This document shows positions 62,993 to 64,000 of a stretch of DNA of 64,000 nucleotides, one piece after another. The notes under the pieces are model-generated. The model was given only the letters and a program-made list of their open reading frames with translations. It was not told the origin of the DNA and did not search any database. Numbering within the stretch: position 1 is the first letter of the stretch; each line of letters opens with the position of its first letter. Position numbers and translations under genes: made by a program. The stretch is from NCBI GenBank assembly GCA_023228325.1, contig JALOBK010000001.1, positions 995,570 through 1,059,569 on the forward strand. Reading direction: 5' to 3'. Origin of the DNA: a bacterium (GTDB taxonomy: Bacteria; Auribacterota; UBA6266).

Positions 62993-64000
62993 ATGAAAAA
63001 ATTATGCCTGTATTTTATCCTGCCCGTCCTGCTGTCGGTTGTCTTGCTCTGGGTTGCGGCAAACTGGTATTTCATTCCCCGTAAACTGGTGCCGTTTTTT
63101 GAAAAAAAACTGCCGTCCCTTCTTCCTGAAGGGATAGAAGTCGATTACAGCAAAATAATATTCAGCCCGTTCACGGGGTTTATGATCTGCGACTTCAGGA
63201 TTATTGCCGACGGGTCCGAGATAATATCCGCGGGCGAACTTGATGTCGACCTTGCCATCCTTCCCCTTTTGAGAAAGAAAATCGTTGTATCGGAGATCAG
63301 CGAATCCGATGTCCAGATAAATATCAGGAGGGATGAAAACGGGAAGTGGAATATAAGCAAAGCGCTTGATTCGGATTTTCTTGAAGAATCCTCGTTTTTC
63401 GGCGAATGGGAATTCCGGGTCGGCAAACTTCACATCAGCACCTGCAGGATTAATTTTGTTGACGTGTACCGGGCCGAAAATTCACTGGAAAAGAGGCTGG
63501 AAGGGATTACACTGAAAGCTTCTTCCCCCGACGAAAATGTTTACCGGTTTGAAATTAACAGCCCCGTTAAGAATGCCGGAAAAGAAGATATAAGCGTCAA
63601 TATTGATTATGACCAGGATAAGAAATCTTTCTCGGGGAGCCTTAAGGGAAAAACAAAAGCGCTTGAATCCTACTGGGATTATTATATCGATGAGTTTTTC
63701 CACCCCTGGAAGATGAACACGGAAGAAACAGGCATTGAAATCAATTTTTTCAGCTGCAAGCAGTATTTTTCCCTGCAGGGAAATTATAATTTCGGGAAAA
63801 TCGCGCTTCAATACGGGGATGTGTCATACAAGGGCGATATCCTTATCGAACAGGATTTTAAACACGGCAAATCGGATAAAATAAAATCTTATAACAGGGT
63901 TGATTTGGTTTTGAAAAACGCCGGATTGAGCGCGGGGGAAACGGAGATTTTCCAAAAGGCCTATTGCAGGGTTATGTCCCAGGATGACATCGCAATGGTT
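62993..64000 (+). CDS. AsmA-family (AsmA/TamB-like, DUF748-type) envelope protein, 3' truncated by the window edge; absent from the ORF track
   Basis: Translated by hand with no stop in 336 codons to the window end: MKKLCLYFILPVLLSVVLLWVAANWYFIPRKLVPFFEKKLPSLLPEGIEVDYSKIIFSPFTGF... with an N-terminal anchor and repetitive beta-rich segments. Confidence 0.45.
   Translation, partial: MKKLCLYFILPVLLSVVLLWVAANWYFIPRKLVPFFEKKLPSLLPEGIEVDYSKIIFSPFTGFMICDFRIIADGSEIISAGELDVDLAILPLLRKKIVVSEISESDVQINIRRDENGKWNISKALDSDFLEESSFFGEWEFRVGKLHISTCRINFVDVYRAENSLEKRLEGITLKASSPDENVYRFEINSPVKNAGKEDISVNIDYDQDKKSFSGSLKGKTKALESYWDYYIDEFFHPWKMNTEETGIEINFFSCKQYFSLQGNYNFGKIALQYGDVSYKGDILIEQDFKHGKSDKIKSYNRVDLVLKNAGLSAGETEIFQKAYCRVMSQDDIAMV

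Noticed and set aside
63002-63811. Three minus-strand ORFs at the 3' end of the window
   Set aside because: They are antisense to a long stop-free + strand frame with AsmA-like features that runs off the window.

Overview
Bacterial chromosomal segment of about 64 kb with a low-GC, CPR- or Omnitrophica-like coding style. The core (about 12.0–44.6 kb) is one uninterrupted, co-directional ribosomal and transcription superoperon. Its gene order is tRNA-Thr, tuf, rpmG, tRNA-Trp, secE, nusG, rplK, rplA, rplJ, rplL, rpoB, rpoC, rpsL, rpsG, fusA, tuf (second, identical copy), then the S10 block (rpsJ to rpsQ), the spc block (rplN to secY, with Zn-type rpsZ and no rpmD/L30), adk, map, infA, rpmJ, rpsM, rpsK, rpsD, rpoA and rplQ. 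It ends with a textbook intrinsic terminator.

5' flank (1–11.5 kb):
- a GreA/Rnk-like gene fragment cut by the window edge
- a frameshifted mgtE
- two tandem secreted GH3/PA14 beta-glucosidase paralogs; the first ends about 65 aa early, with its stop codon (3778..3780) inside the left arm of a 43-nt palindrome that spans the 3' end of the gene
- a small secreted Cys-containing protein between the two paralogs
- on the opposite strand, a PMT/ArnT-like glycosyltransferase with a TPR tail and a secreted cyclophilin
- a 721-aa membrane-embedded spermidine-synthase-like fusion protein
- a 544-bp AT-rich promoter region

3' flank (44.6–64 kb):
- a cluster of overlapping unknown small genes (including a HIT hydrolase), a membrane-anchored fused M16 zinc peptidase, a DUF1844-like protein, a Zn-ribbon protein, and a convergent CPBP intramembrane protease
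- a D-aminoacylase followed by a peptide-type ABC binding protein and two permeases, with no ATPase gene
- exonuclease III
- a pair of carbohydrate genes, each preceded by the same perfect 14-bp LacI-type palindrome TGTTAACGTTAACA: an uncharacterised 1091-aa protein with a DWND-like motif (possibly a GH94-related phosphorylase) and a GH35 beta-galactosidase
- a 3'-truncated AsmA-like ORF that is absent from the supplied ORF track

No CRISPR arrays, rRNA genes or mobile elements were detected. The most promising candidate for new biology is the shared-operator carbohydrate regulon around the unknown 1091-aa protein.
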